This document shows, in pieces, positions 10,190 to 20,108 of a stretch of DNA of 64,000 nucleotides (the first letter of the stretch is position 1; the number at the start of each line of letters is the position of its first letter). The DNA lies in contig JAVJQW010000057.1 in the NCBI GenBank assembly GCA_040218735.1, positions 320,001-384,000 of the forward strand. Reading direction: 5' to 3'. A model generated the notes under the pieces. That model saw only the letters and a list, made by a program, of their open reading frames with translations. It was not told the DNA's origin and did no database searches. The position numbers and the translations under genes are program-made. This stretch comes from Deltaproteobacteria bacterium. Lineage in GTDB: Bacteria > Myxococcota > Kuafuiibacteriia > Kuafuiibacteriales > Kuafuiibacteriaceae.

Positions 10190-11307
10190 AACACATCGGC
10201 ATCCTCGGAGGTGGTCAGCTCGGACGCATGTCGATCCTCGCGGGGCGCGCGCTCGGCATGCGGTTCTCCGTGTTCGACCCCAGCCCCACGGCGTGCGCCG
10301 GGCCCGTCGCCGACCACGTCTTCTGCGCCGGGTACGACGACGTCGATGCGCTGAACCGTTTTGCCGAGGGGCTCGACGTCGTGACGCTCGAGTTCGAGAA
10401 CGTCCCGGGTAGCGCGTGTGAAGTCGTCGCGCAGCACGCGCCGGTCCACCCCAGCCAACGAATCCTCACCGTCGCCCAACACCGACGGCGCGAGAAGACG
10501 TACCTCTCGGAGCACGGCTTCCCGTGTGTCCCGTTCGAGGTCGCCGAGGACGAAGCCGCGCTCGAGGCGGCGGCGGAGCGGCTCGGCTTCCCGTGCGTCG
10601 CCAAGACCGCGGCGTTCGGCTACGACGGCAAGGGTCAGATCCTCCTGAAGGCCCGCGGCGATCACGCGGGGGTGTTCGATCGGCTCGGGCAGCCCGACGC
10701 CGTCGTCGTCGAAGCGTGGATCCAACACACCGGTGAGTTCTCGATCGTAGTCGCGCGCCGTCCCGACGGGACGATGGCGACGTACCCGATCGCCGAGAAC
10801 ATCCACCGGCACCACATCCTGCACACGACGATCTTCCCCGGCCGCGTCGGCGACGACGAAGCGGCCGAGGCCGACGCGCTCGTGCGACGCCTCGCGGTGA
10901 CGATGGACCTCGTCGGCGTCATGGCGGTCGAGCTGTTCCGCACGGACGACGGCTGGCGCGTGAACGAGATCGCGCCGCGCCCGCACAACTCCGGGCACGC
11001 GACGATCGACGCCGCGGTGACGAGTCAGTTCGAGCAACACGTCCGCGCGGTCGCGGACCTCCCGCTGGGCAGCACCGACATCGTGCGCCCCGCCGTCATG
11101 GTGAACCTCCTCGGCGACCTCTGGTCGAACGGCGCCCCGCCGTGGTCACAGCTCCTCGAAGACCCGACCGTAAAGCTCCACCTCTACGACAAGGGCGACG
11201 CCCGCCCGGGGCGGAAGATGGGGCACTTCACGGTGCTGGACGACGACGTCGAAACCGCGCTCGCGCGCGCCGAGCGTCACTTCGAGACGTTACAACCCAA
11301 AGCGTAG
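10186..11307 (+). CDS. purK: N5-CAIR synthase (ATP-grasp)
   Basis: [37 protein letters not shown] and RPGRKMGH motifs; GTGA overlap with purE. Confidence 0.97.
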   Translation: MKHIGILGGGQLGRMSILAGRALGMRFSVFDPSPTACAGPVADHVFCAGYDDVDALNRFAEGLDVVTLEFENVPGSACEVVAQHAPVHPSQRILTVAQHRRREKTYLSEHGFPCVPFEVAEDEAALEAAAERLGFPCVAKTAAFGYDGKGQILLKARGDHAGVFDRLGQPDAVVVEAWIQHTGEFSIVVARRPDGTMATYPIAENIHRHHILHTTIFPGRVGDDEAAEADALVRRLAVTMDLVGVMAVELFRTDDGWRVNEIAPRPHNSGHATIDAAVTSQFEQHVRAVADLPLGSTDIVRPAVMVNLLGDLWSNGAPPWSQLLEDPTVKLHLYDKGDARPGRKMGHFTVLDDDVETALARAERHFETLQPKA

Positions 11308-11748
11308 GCCGAACGCGACCTCACCCGACGCGTCGCGCTCGGGGATGAACACCACGCCGTACGCGACCGAGCCGAACACTTCGACGCCCGAGGTGTCGTC
11401 GAAGTACGAGACACCGAACGGCACGCGCATCCCGAAGGCGTCCTCGCTCGCGTCCACGTCACTCGCGGCGTAGCGCACGCCGAGCCCGAACCAGACCGAC
11501 ATCCAGCCCGTGCCGAACACCCGGCCGATGATCTCGGACATGTCGTAGGTGAAGTCGAACGTCACGAGCGCGTCGCGGTCCGGGTCGGCGGAGAGCCCGG
11601 CGGCCGCGTGCACCCGAAACGTCTCGAGCACCGGCGCCGCGAGCGTAAGGCCGTTCGGTTCACCCACGAGGAGCCCCACGGCGAGATCGGGCGGCGTCGA
11701 CGTCGGCGCGCACACCAACGTCGTGAGGAGCGCGAGGGTCGTGATCAC
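11290..11748 (-). CDS. Small exported protein, beta-strand rich (possible outer-membrane beta-barrel)
   Basis: Signal peptide, GLLVGEPNGLT motif, alternating strands, C-terminal FGLRFGL; coupled to pcm by a GTGA overlap. Confidence 0.65.
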   Translation of the reverse strand: MITTLALLTTLVCAPTSTPPDLAVGLLVGEPNGLTLAAPVLETFRVHAAAGLSADPDRDALVTFDFTYDMSEIIGRVFGTGWMSVWFGLGVRYAASDVDASEDAFGMRVPFGVSYFDDTSGVEVFGSVAYGVVFIPERDASGEVAFGLRFGL

Positions 11749-12512
11749 GGTAGCTGCTGCGCGCGACCGGTCATCGGCACGAAGCTCACGTCGAAGACTC
11801 GGTACTTCTTCACGCCGTCCGCGGTGCGTTCGTACACCTCGAGGCGCTGGTGCTCTTCACCGACCGGAATGACGAGGCGTCCGCCGAGCGCGAGCTGTTC
11901 GACCAACGCGGGCGGCACGTCCTTTGGCGCGGCGGTCACGACGATCGCGTCGAACGGCGCCCCGCTGGGGTACCCGGACCAGCCGTCGCCGACGACGACG
12001 CGTACGTTGTCGTAGCCGAGGCGTTCGAGCGTCGTCTGCGCGCGGTTTGCGAGCGGCTCGACAATCTCGACGGTCACGACTTCCTTCGCCACCCGCGAGA
12101 GCACGGCCGCGCCGTAGCCAGAGCCGGCGCCGATCTCCAACACCCGCTCGGCGTCCGACAGCTGCGCGAGCTCGACCATCGCCGCGACCATGTACGGCTG
12201 CGAGATCGTCTGGCCCTCGCCGATCGGGAGCGGGCGATCTTCGTACGCGTGCTCGCGTTCGTCCTCGGGAACGAAGACGTGCCGCGGGACGAGGCGCATC
12301 GCATCGATGACACGTGGGTCGGTCACGTCGCGGCCGGCGATCTGGCGGTCGACCATGTCCTGGCGCAGGCGCTGGTGGAGCTTGGAGTCGGGCATGACGG
12401 GGCGACCGTGGGCGACACCGTACACGAAGACCCCCGCGCCAAAGAGCACGACGAACAACGTGAGGATGGTGGTGCTCCTCCGTTTTCGCTTCGCTGTCGC
12501 CCGGTCCATCAT
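11745..12512 (-). CDS. pcm: Protein-L-isoaspartate O-methyltransferase
   Basis: VPRHVFVP, AYEDRPLPIGEGQTISQPYMVA, VLEIGAGSGY, APFDAIVVTAA, QLALGGRLVIPVG and FVPM motifs. Start at 12512 or 12395. Confidence 0.95.
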   Translation of the reverse strand: MMDRATAKRKRRSTTILTLFVVLFGAGVFVYGVAHGRPVMPDSKLHQRLRQDMVDRQIAGRDVTDPRVIDAMRLVPRHVFVPEDEREHAYEDRPLPIGEGQTISQPYMVAAMVELAQLSDAERVLEIGAGSGYGAAVLSRVAKEVVTVEIVEPLANRAQTTLERLGYDNVRVVVGDGWSGYPSGAPFDAIVVTAAPKDVPPALVEQLALGGRLVIPVGEEHQRLEVYERTADGVKKYRVFDVSFVPMTGRAQQLP

Positions 12513-12647
12513 CGAACGCCCCATTCGCTCGCACCTTTGTCCCAGGCGGCATCCGCCAAGGTGACCACAGTCAGCAAACGGTCGCGGAACGTACCCGTAC
12601 GAGCCGTTGGGCGACTCGGACATCAGGGGGATGAGTGGACGAACGAC

Positions 12648-14240
12648 CTAGGGGGCCAGTGTGTGCTGTTGGTTTCCCTCTACGTTGCGCCACACGTCGT
12701 ACTGGCCGTTGGGCCAGAGCACGACGACCCACTCCGCCCCGGTGTACGGCCCCAATCCGAACCGCGCGCTGTGTTCGTTCTGCGACGCGCGGCTCGAGCC
12801 GCCGAGGATGTCGTAGAACTGCACGAGCTCGCCCGACTTCACGGCCACGCGCGCCGTGACCCCCGTACCGTTGCCCGCGGACGGTTCGACGTAGACGTGC
12901 AGGTAGCGGTGGTCGCCGACCGGCGTTTCGTTTCGGTAGAGCCGGATCGGCCGCCCGTCGGTGCCGGCGAGCACGACGTCCACGCGCCCGTCCTTGTCGT
13001 AGTCCGCGAACCCCGCCGCCACGTTGTGCGCGCGTCGACTGCTGATGACGCCGGGGTGATTGAGCTCGATCCGCTCGAACGTCGGCGGCACTTGCCCGTC
13101 GTGTGCGAACAACAGGTGCGGTCGGTCGTCCTCCTGCGCGACGAAGAGATCCGGCCAGCCGTCGAGATCGAAGTCCTCGAACGACAAACCCCACCCGTAG
13201 TCGCCGCCGGTCCCCGCCTGGTCCGTGATGTCCGAGAACGTCCCGTCGCCGTTGTTCCTCAGGAGTGGATTGTCGCCGATGTTCGACACGTAATAGTCGA
13301 GGTCACCGTCGTGATCGATGTCGGCGCCGTCGATACCCATCGGGTGTCGAATGCCGACGTCCAACGCGTCGTCGGTGACGTTCGCGAAGCGACCGCCGTC
13401 GTTCCTCAACAACACGTGGCCGCCCCGGTCGTTCCAGATCCACAGGTCCTGATCGCCGTCCGCGTCGTAGTCGGACCACAACACGGCGCACGGGTTGCCG
13501 GAGGGCTCGATCGTGACGCCGCTGGAGGCCGTGATGTCGGTGAACGTTCCGTCGCCGTCGTTCTTCAGCAGGTACGCGCCCGGAGCAGGCAACGCGCTCG
13601 ACGCCGACACGATGTCGAGGTGGCCGTCACCGTCGAAGTCTCCGAACGACACGACCTTGCTGCGCCCGTCCCCGAACAGCGCGGGCTCCGACGGGGGGCC
13701 GCCGGCGTCGGACTCGACCGTCGCGTCCACGAAGGTGGCGTCGCCCTGGTTCTTCATGAGCACGTCGCCCTGGCTCGCGCCGACGTAGAGGTCGACGTCA
13801 CCGTCGCCGTCGTAGTCCGCCGCCGCGACCGAGAAGAGGTTCGCGTTCGCGAGGACGCCGAAGCCCGCGGCGGACGTTCGATCCAGGAACGTCCCGTCGC
13901 GTTGGTTCTCGTAGTACAGCGACGGCACCTGCGTCCCGTCCTGGTCCCGGCCGTTCGCCACGAAGATGTCCGGCCACCGATCCCCGGACAGATCGACGAA
14001 CGCGATCCCGACGCCGTGGGAGTTGCCGCCTCCCACGCCGTCGCCGAGCCCCACGTCGGCGGTCACGTCGATCAGGCGGAGGCGACCGGCGGGCGCAGCG
14101 TCTTCGATGCGTTCCGGCACGAAGCCGAGATCGGTGCCCCCGGTGGTGTCGACCTCCACCCAGAACGGATCGCCGCCCGCATTGGGAGGCAGCGGTTCGG
14201 AGCACGCGACCAGGAGCGCGGCAACGGCGACGCGACGCAT
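12648..14240 (-). CDS. CRTAC1-family lipoprotein (FG-GAP/VCBS repeats + ASPIC/UnbV)
   Basis: Lipobox MRRVAVAALLVAC; repeated DYDGDGDxDL and NxGDGTFxDxT; C-terminal RFGLG...V.WPNG. Confidence 0.9.
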   Translation of the reverse strand: MRRVAVAALLVACSEPLPPNAGGDPFWVEVDTTGGTDLGFVPERIEDAAPAGRLRLIDVTADVGLGDGVGGGNSHGVGIAFVDLSGDRWPDIFVANGRDQDGTQVPSLYYENQRDGTFLDRTSAAGFGVLANANLFSVAAADYDGDGDVDLYVGASQGDVLMKNQGDATFVDATVESDAGGPPSEPALFGDGRSKVVSFGDFDGDGHLDIVSASSALPAPGAYLLKNDGDGTFTDITASSGVTIEPSGNPCAVLWSDYDADGDQDLWIWNDRGGHVLLRNDGGRFANVTDDALDVGIRHPMGIDGADIDHDGDLDYYVSNIGDNPLLRNNGDGTFSDITDQAGTGGDYGWGLSFEDFDLDGWPDLFVAQEDDRPHLLFAHDGQVPPTFERIELNHPGVISSRRAHNVAAGFADYDKDGRVDVVLAGTDGRPIRLYRNETPVGDHRYLHVYVEPSAGNGTGVTARVAVKSGELVQFYDILGGSSRASQNEHSARFGLGPYTGAEWVVVLWPNGQYDVWRNVEGNQQHTLAP

Positions 14241-14245
14241 CCCGC

Positions 14246-14794
14246 TCAGGATGTCGTGCTCGTACCGACTCGGTCCAGGACGGTGCGGATCAGCGCGGCT
14301 TCCTGGGGCTTCGGTTCCAGCTCGAGGTACCGCCGAAGGTGCGGGTAGGCGGCGCCATCCCCGGCCGTCAGCAAGACCAGGCCGAGCTCGAGATGACACG
14401 CCGGGAGGTCCGCCTGGCGGATGCACTCCTCGAACGCCTCGACGCCCGCGTTGCCGTCGAGCGACTTCACGGACGCCCGCGCCGCCGCGAGCGCCTTGCG
14501 AGCTTCGACCCCGGCCTCGGGTGTGATCCCGGCCCCGACGTGTACCGCGCGGGGCGGCGCGGGGGACATCGTCGGCGCCGCGAGCTCGATGGTTTCGGCG
14601 ACGCGCAGCGGGATCAAGTTCGACGCCGGGAAGCCCGTGAAGACCACGTGGACGAAGAACCCCAGCGCGCTCCCGATCAGGAAGCCGAACAGCAGCGCGG
14701 GCGGCGGGATCGCGCCCCGGAACATCGATTCGCTCAGATCAGAGGTGCCTGGATCCGAGAGCTCAGGCGCGGGATTCTCCACCGGGGCGGTCAC
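14246..14794 (-). CDS. Single-pass membrane protein with C-terminal TPR-like motif
   Basis: TM helix LLFGFLIGSALGFFVHVVF; CHLELG...HLRRYLELEP. Confidence 0.7.
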   Translation of the reverse strand: MTAPVENPAPELSDPGTSDLSESMFRGAIPPPALLFGFLIGSALGFFVHVVFTGFPASNLIPLRVAETIELAAPTMSPAPPRAVHVGAGITPEAGVEARKALAAARASVKSLDGNAGVEAFEECIRQADLPACHLELGLVLLTAGDGAAYPHLRRYLELEPKPQEAALIRTVLDRVGTSTTS

Positions 14795-14888
14795 GAGCGA
14801 GCGCGATTGTCGTGGCCATCGACGATCGCCGCAAGAGCAGCCTGCCCGAAAGGAGTGGTCAAAGCCCCCGGTCTACGCGACAATTCGA

Positions 14889-15275
14889 ATGCTCGTGGTC
14901 GCGCAGAAGGTCTACCGTCCGCGCATCGGCCTGGCGATCGCGCTCGGTCTCGCGATCGGACTCGTGGGGTCCCTGATGGCGCTCAAGGTCATCACCCCGC
15001 CCCCGAACTACGTGGCCAATCCACATCCGCGCTACGAATACGAGGACGATACGCCGCCGAGCGAGTCGCGCGAGGACTCGGCGCGGATCCTCCTTCAGCA
15101 GGCGAACGCCGCCGTCGAGCGCCGAGACTTCCTCAGCGCCGACCGCCTCTACGGACACTGCATCGAGCTGGCCGACCTCGGTGAATGCCACCGCGGCCTC
15201 GCCGGGGTGCTGTTCCTGGCGCGAGACCCGTCCGCGCGCGCGCACTACGACAAGTACGCGGCCGCGACGCCGTGA
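14889..15275 (+). CDS. Single-pass membrane protein with C-terminal TPR-like motif
   Basis: ATG at 14889; TM helix IGLAIALGLAIGLVGSLMAL; CHRGLAG...AHYDKY. Confidence 0.7.
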   Translation: MLVVAQKVYRPRIGLAIALGLAIGLVGSLMALKVITPPPNYVANPHPRYEYEDDTPPSESREDSARILLQQANAAVERRDFLSADRLYGHCIELADLGECHRGLAGVLFLARDPSARAHYDKYAAATP

Positions 15276-16595
15276 TCAGCCCTCGAACGCTTCGTCGGTG
15301 ATGTCGAGCCCGCGGTCGATGATCGCGTAGCCCTCGAGCAGCTGCTCCTCGGTGATACAGAGCGGCGGGTTGCACATGAAGCTCGACCACCGCACGAACG
15401 TGAACAGACCGGAGTCGATGAAGAACTTCGACAGCTTCTGCATCATCGGGTGCGTCCCGTTGTAGGGGGCGAGCGGTGCACCGGCCGCGTTCTTCTGCAC
15501 GTCGATCATCCCGAACAGACCGATGGCCCGCCCTTCCTTCATCGACGGGTGCTTCGCCTGCAGCCGATCCATCTCGCTCCGCATGACCTTCTCCATGCGT
15601 GCGGCGTTCTCCACCATGCCTTCGCCGACGAGCACGTCGATCACCGCCTCCGCCGTCGCGAGCGCGAGCGCGTGGGAGTTGTAGGTCAGCCCTCCCCAGA
15701 AGACGTTCTCGCGGAAGTGCTCGGCGATCGCGTCGCGCACGCCCATCGCGCCGAGCGGGATGTACGAGCTGGTCAGGCCCTTCGCCATACACAGGATGTC
15801 CGGGACGATGCCGGCGTGTTCGAACGCAAACATCTTCCCGGTGCGACCGAAGCCACACATCACCTCGTCGCAGACGAGCAGGATGCCGTGGCGATCGAGC
15901 AGCGCGCGGAGGCCTTCGAGGTAGCCCTTCGGCGGCGGGAGGATGCCGTTCGTCCCGGTGACCGTCTCGATGAACATCGCGGCGATGTTGTCGGCGCCTT
16001 CGTACTGGATGACCTCTTCGAGGTACTGCAGGTTGTTCTTCGTCCGGGTCTCGTCGTCGTCGCCGAACGAGTAGTCGTACGGTCGCGGATCCATCACCCG
16101 CACGATGCCCGGCATGCCCGGCTCGTTCGCCCAGCGACGCGGGTCGCCGGTGAGCTGCATCGTGGCGTTCGTGCCGCCGTGATAGCTGCGGTAGCGCGTG
16201 ATGATCTTGTGTTTGCCGGTGTAGAGGCGCGCCGCGCGAATCGCGTTTTCGTTGGCCTCGGCGCCCCCCAGCGTGAAGAAGAACGTGTTGATGTCGCCCG
16301 GCACCAGGTCGGCGAGTTTCTTCGCCAGCCGCGCACGTTCCTCGGTCGCCGTGCCGGGGAAGACGTAGAGCAGCTTGTCGAGCTGCCGCTTCATCGCTTC
16401 GCGGACCTTCGGGTGCGCGTGTCCGATGTTCACGCTCATCAGCTGGCTGTTGAAGTCGAGGATCTTGCGACCGTCGGTCGTGTACATGTACACGCCCTCG
16501 GCGCGCTCGATGGGGAGCGGGTTCACCTTCCCCGTCGCAGCCCAGGTGTACAGCGTGTGTTGCTTGCACAGGTCGACGATCTGCTGCGTTTCCAT
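15276..16595 (-). CDS. Class III PLP aminotransferase (omega-amino acid / beta-alanine / taurine type)
   Basis: LDFNSQL..NIGH, GAEANE, SYHG, DEVMCGFGRTG and PDILCMAKGL motifs. Confidence 0.93.
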   Translation of the reverse strand: METQQIVDLCKQHTLYTWAATGKVNPLPIERAEGVYMYTTDGRKILDFNSQLMSVNIGHAHPKVREAMKRQLDKLLYVFPGTATEERARLAKKLADLVPGDINTFFFTLGGAEANENAIRAARLYTGKHKIITRYRSYHGGTNATMQLTGDPRRWANEPGMPGIVRVMDPRPYDYSFGDDDETRTKNNLQYLEEVIQYEGADNIAAMFIETVTGTNGILPPPKGYLEGLRALLDRHGILLVCDEVMCGFGRTGKMFAFEHAGIVPDILCMAKGLTSSYIPLGAMGVRDAIAEHFRENVFWGGLTYNSHALALATAEAVIDVLVGEGMVENAARMEKVMRSEMDRLQAKHPSMKEGRAIGLFGMIDVQKNAAGAPLAPYNGTHPMMQKLSKFFIDSGLFTFVRWSSFMCNPPLCITEEQLLEGYAIIDRGLDITDEAFEG

Positions 16596-16637
16596 CCGGC
16601 CGTCCTAGCGGACCGCGGGACCCCTGGCAACGGACGG

Positions 16638-17417
16638 TCAGCGCCCGTCGAGCGGCCGGGTGAGCGTGTACAGCGCGATCGCCGCGGCCGTCGCGACGTT
16701 GAGCGAGTCGTGCCCGGGCGCCATCGGGATCGACGCGGTGTGGTCGGCGCGGGCCATCGCCGCCGCGCTGAGCCCGGCCCCTTCCGTCCCCACGAGCACC
16801 ACCGTCCGAGCGCTCCGAGGGACCTCTGCCAGGTCCCGACCGGCGGGGCTCATCGCGACGACCTCGAAACCTTCCAGCGCGTCGAGATCTTCGAGCCGCG
16901 CGCGGGCGAAGGGCACCGTCAGCGCCGCGCCCATCGAGGTGCGAATCGCCTTGCGGTAGAGCGGGTCCGCGCAGGCCTCGTCGAGCCACACCGCGCCGAC
17001 GCCGAACGCCGCGGCGTTTCGGAACGCCTGCCCGACGTTGTCGTGGTTGGCGAGGCCCTCCAGGAACAACACGGTCTGCGCCCCGGTCGGGACGACCTCG
17101 TGCGGCGACGCCGGCCGCGGCACGACGCCCGCCGCGAGGCAGCCGCGGTGGATGTCGAAGCCCACGATGCGATTCATCACCTCGGGGGCGGCGACGTAGA
17201 CCGGGACCTCGGCCGCGTCGATCACGTCCCGCAGGGCGTCGACGCGGCGGTCCGCGATCAGGACCGAGCGCTTCTCGAGCGGGCTCTTCGTGAGGAAGGT
17301 GCGGACGACCTCGGTCCCCTCGGCGAGGAAGACGCCGCGGCGTTTGACGAGGTGGGCTTCGCGGATGTCGACGTAGTCGGCGACACGCGGGTCCTTCGGA
17401 TCGTCGATGACGATCAC
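16638..17417 (-). CDS. TrmH/SpoU-family RNA 2'-O-methyltransferase
   Basis: NVG..FRNAAAFG, RTSMGA, GTEGAGL and IPM...DSLNVATA motifs. Confidence 0.92.
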   Translation of the reverse strand: MIVIDDPKDPRVADYVDIREAHLVKRRGVFLAEGTEVVRTFLTKSPLEKRSVLIADRRVDALRDVIDAAEVPVYVAAPEVMNRIVGFDIHRGCLAAGVVPRPASPHEVVPTGAQTVLFLEGLANHDNVGQAFRNAAAFGVGAVWLDEACADPLYRKAIRTSMGAALTVPFARARLEDLDALEGFEVVAMSPAGRDLAEVPRSARTVVLVGTEGAGLSAAAMARADHTASIPMAPGHDSLNVATAAAIALYTLTRPLDGR

Positions 17418-18184
17418 GGTCGCATCCTCGGGATCGCGTCGAAGAGCTTCTTTGTGTACGGGTGCGTCGCCGCCGCGCGTGCGTCGCGCGCCGGGAGGCG
17501 TTCGACGATCTTCCCCGCGTTCATCACGAGGATGTGATCGCAGAAGTACTCGACCACCGAGAGGTCGTGGGAGATGAACAGGTACGTCAACCCAAGTTGC
17601 GCTTTGAGGTCCGAGAGCAGCGCGAGGATCTGCGCACGAACCGAGACGTCGAGCGCCGACACGGGTTCGTCCGCGACGATCAGCTTCGGCTCGACCGACA
17701 CTGCGCGCGCGATGCCGATGCGCTGACGCTGTCCGCCCGACAGCTCGTGCGGGAAGCGGTCGAACGTCGAAGCCGGCAGCCCCACCCGGTCCAACAGCTC
17801 CGCCGCGCGCGGCCGCAGCTGCGCCTTGTCGACGACCCCGTGGAACGCGAGCGCCTCCGTCAACGCGGCCCCCACCGTGCGCCTCGGGTTCAGCGCGCCG
17901 TACGGATCCTGGAAGACCATCTGCAACCGGCGACGGTGCGGCCGCATCGCGCGCTCGTCGAGCGCGCTGATCCGCGTGCCGTCGAAATCCACGGTACCGG
18001 CCTCCAGCGAGACGAGGCCGAGGAGCGCGCGCGCGAGGGTGCTCTTCCCCGAGCCGGACTCCCCGACGAGGCCGACCGTCTCTCCGGGCTCGAGCGAGAG
18101 GTCCACGCCGTCCACCGCGTTCAACACGTGCCCGCGCCGACGGAACACGACCGACACCCCCTTGGCGACGAGCAGGTTCATCAC
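17414..18184 (-). CDS. Oligopeptide/dipeptide-type ABC transporter ATPase (OppF-like)
   Basis: GESGSGKST, VFQDP, LSGGQRQR, ADEPVSALD and HPYT motifs. Confidence 0.93.
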   Translation of the reverse strand: MMNLLVAKGVSVVFRRRGHVLNAVDGVDLSLEPGETVGLVGESGSGKSTLARALLGLVSLEAGTVDFDGTRISALDERAMRPHRRRLQMVFQDPYGALNPRRTVGAALTEALAFHGVVDKAQLRPRAAELLDRVGLPASTFDRFPHELSGGQRQRIGIARAVSVEPKLIVADEPVSALDVSVRAQILALLSDLKAQLGLTYLFISHDLSVVEYFCDHILVMNAGKIVERLPARDARAAATHPYTKKLFDAIPRMRP

Positions 18185-19125
18185 GCGTCCAGCGGGAAGT
18201 GGCAGCGAACGGCGCCTTCCAGGGCGGGCGCGTCGGTCTCGCACTTCGCTTCCTTCTTCGAGCAACGCGGGTGGAAGCGACACGCCTTCGGCAGTTGATC
18301 GAGGTCCGGTACCGAGCCGGGGATCGGCTTCAGCGGGCGGTCGGGGCCCGCGGGCACCGAGTCGAGGAGCCCGCGTGTGTACGGGTGCCTCGGCGTGGTG
18401 AACAGCGCGTTCGGCTCGGCCTCCTCGATGATCTGACCGGCGTACATGACGACGACGCGATCGCAGGTCTCGGCGACCACCGCGAGATCGTGCGTGATCA
18501 GGAGGACACCCATCTTTCGCTCCTCACGGAGTCGGGCGATCAGCTCGAGGATCTGAGCCTGGATGGTGACGTCGAGGGCGGTCGTGGGTTCGTCGGCGAC
18601 GAGGACGTCCGGCTTCATCGACAACGCCATCGCGATCATCACGCGCTGCCGCATCCCGCCCGAGAGCTGGTGGGGGTAGTCGTCGATGCGGCGCTCGGGA
18701 TCCGGGATGCCGACCTCGCGGAGCAGCTCCACCGTTCGGTCGCGGCGCTCGCGGCGTGACACCTTCTCGTGCGCGGCGATCGCCTCCATGATCTGGTAGC
18801 CGATCGACAGCACCGGGTTCAGCGCCGACATCGGCTCCTGGAAGATCATCGCGATCCGTCCGCCGCGCACCTGCCGCAACGCGGGCGGCGCCATCTTCAG
18901 GACGTCGTCCCCGTCGAGGAGCACCTGCCCCGCGACGTGCGCGGGCGGCTCCGGGAGGAGGCGGAGCAACGACTTCGCCGTGACCGACTTGCCGCAACCC
19001 GACTCCCCGACGAGCCCGACGGTCTCACTACGGTCGACCGCGAACGAGACGCCATCGACCGCCGTCAAGCGACCGCGCCGGGTCTCGAACCCGACGACGA
19101 GATCTCGAACCTCGAGCAGCGCCAC
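18181..19125 (-). CDS. Oligopeptide/dipeptide-type ABC transporter ATPase (OppD-like)
   Basis: [28 protein letters not shown] and C-terminal CRFHPRC...C...C motifs. Confidence 0.95.
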   Translation of the reverse strand: MALLEVRDLVVGFETRRGRLTAVDGVSFAVDRSETVGLVGESGCGKSVTAKSLLRLLPEPPAHVAGQVLLDGDDVLKMAPPALRQVRGGRIAMIFQEPMSALNPVLSIGYQIMEAIAAHEKVSRRERRDRTVELLREVGIPDPERRIDDYPHQLSGGMRQRVMIAMALSMKPDVLVADEPTTALDVTIQAQILELIARLREERKMGVLLITHDLAVVAETCDRVVVMYAGQIIEEAEPNALFTTPRHPYTRGLLDSVPAGPDRPLKPIPGSVPDLDQLPKACRFHPRCSKKEAKCETDAPALEGAVRCHFPLDA

Positions 19126-19146
19126 GCGCGGGGGAGCATAGCAGCT

Positions 19147-19956
19147 TCACTCGCAGAGGCTCGTGCCCCACAGCGTCTCGCCGCACTTCACCTCGGTGAT
19201 GCGTCCGTCGCGCTGCCTGAAGTGCACCCGGCAGCGCATCGTGTCGCCGTCCATGGTGACCGTGACCTCGTCGCCGCGCACCTCGTAGCGACCGGCGGTG
19301 CTCGGGTCGAACTGGTTGCCGGCCGCCGCGCTCCAGCTACCACCGACGAAGTTGCCGCCGCCGACCAGCTCGCTGCCGTAGGTCACGTGCCCGCGACCGT
19401 CGAACGTGACGCGCTGGGTACGGCCCATCTCGCTGTTCCCCGAGTGGGTGCAGAGCGCGCCCTTCAACAGCGCGGCGCCCGAGGGACGGGGCGCGAGCTT
19501 CGCGGAGCGTGCGATCGCGTCGAGCCGCTTCGCCAGCCCGCCGAACGCCTTGGGCGCCGCCAGCGCGAGGACCGCGAGCGCCCCGCCCTTCGGCGCGAGG
19601 ACGGCGACGATGCGACCGCGGAGCGCGCCGCCCTGCCCATCGGTGCCTTCGAGATCCACGAACAGCGTGCGCAACCGCTTGGACGCGTGAACACGCACGT
19701 CACCTCGGGGCCGGAGCGTCACGCCGCCCTCCGACAGCCCCTCCTTGGCGTCGCTGCGCAACGAAGCCTCGGTCGCGGACGGATCGACCCACAGCGCGAC
19801 CAGGCCCGGCTCCTGGGCGTGACCGAGCACCACCCGGTCGCCCTGGCGCTGCGCGTTCCAGCCGGCCGGTGTGTTCACGGTCCAGCCGCCGATTTCGACC
19901 TCGGCGGCCTGCGCCGATCCGGCGAGACAGAGGGACACGAGCGCGATCCACTTCAT
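19147..19956 (-). CDS. Secreted hypothetical protein
   Basis: Signal peptide MKWIALVSLCLAGSAQA; host-like codon usage. Confidence 0.75.
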   Translation of the reverse strand: MKWIALVSLCLAGSAQAAEVEIGGWTVNTPAGWNAQRQGDRVVLGHAQEPGLVALWVDPSATEASLRSDAKEGLSEGGVTLRPRGDVRVHASKRLRTLFVDLEGTDGQGGALRGRIVAVLAPKGGALAVLALAAPKAFGGLAKRLDAIARSAKLAPRPSGAALLKGALCTHSGNSEMGRTQRVTFDGRGHVTYGSELVGGGNFVGGSWSAAAGNQFDPSTAGRYEVRGDEVTVTMDGDTMRCRVHFRQRDGRITEVKCGETLWGTSLCE

Positions 19957-20108
19957 GCGCGCATCGTAGTGCAGAGCGCGTGCCGAAACGAACGACGCGC
20001 GGATGCCGCCCACTGCGCTTCGACGACGGCCCGACCGGCGACGTGTGCCGGCAGGTGCTGCCGGTCACCTCCGTTGTGACCGCGGATACGGGCTGCTCTA
20101 ATCGCGCC

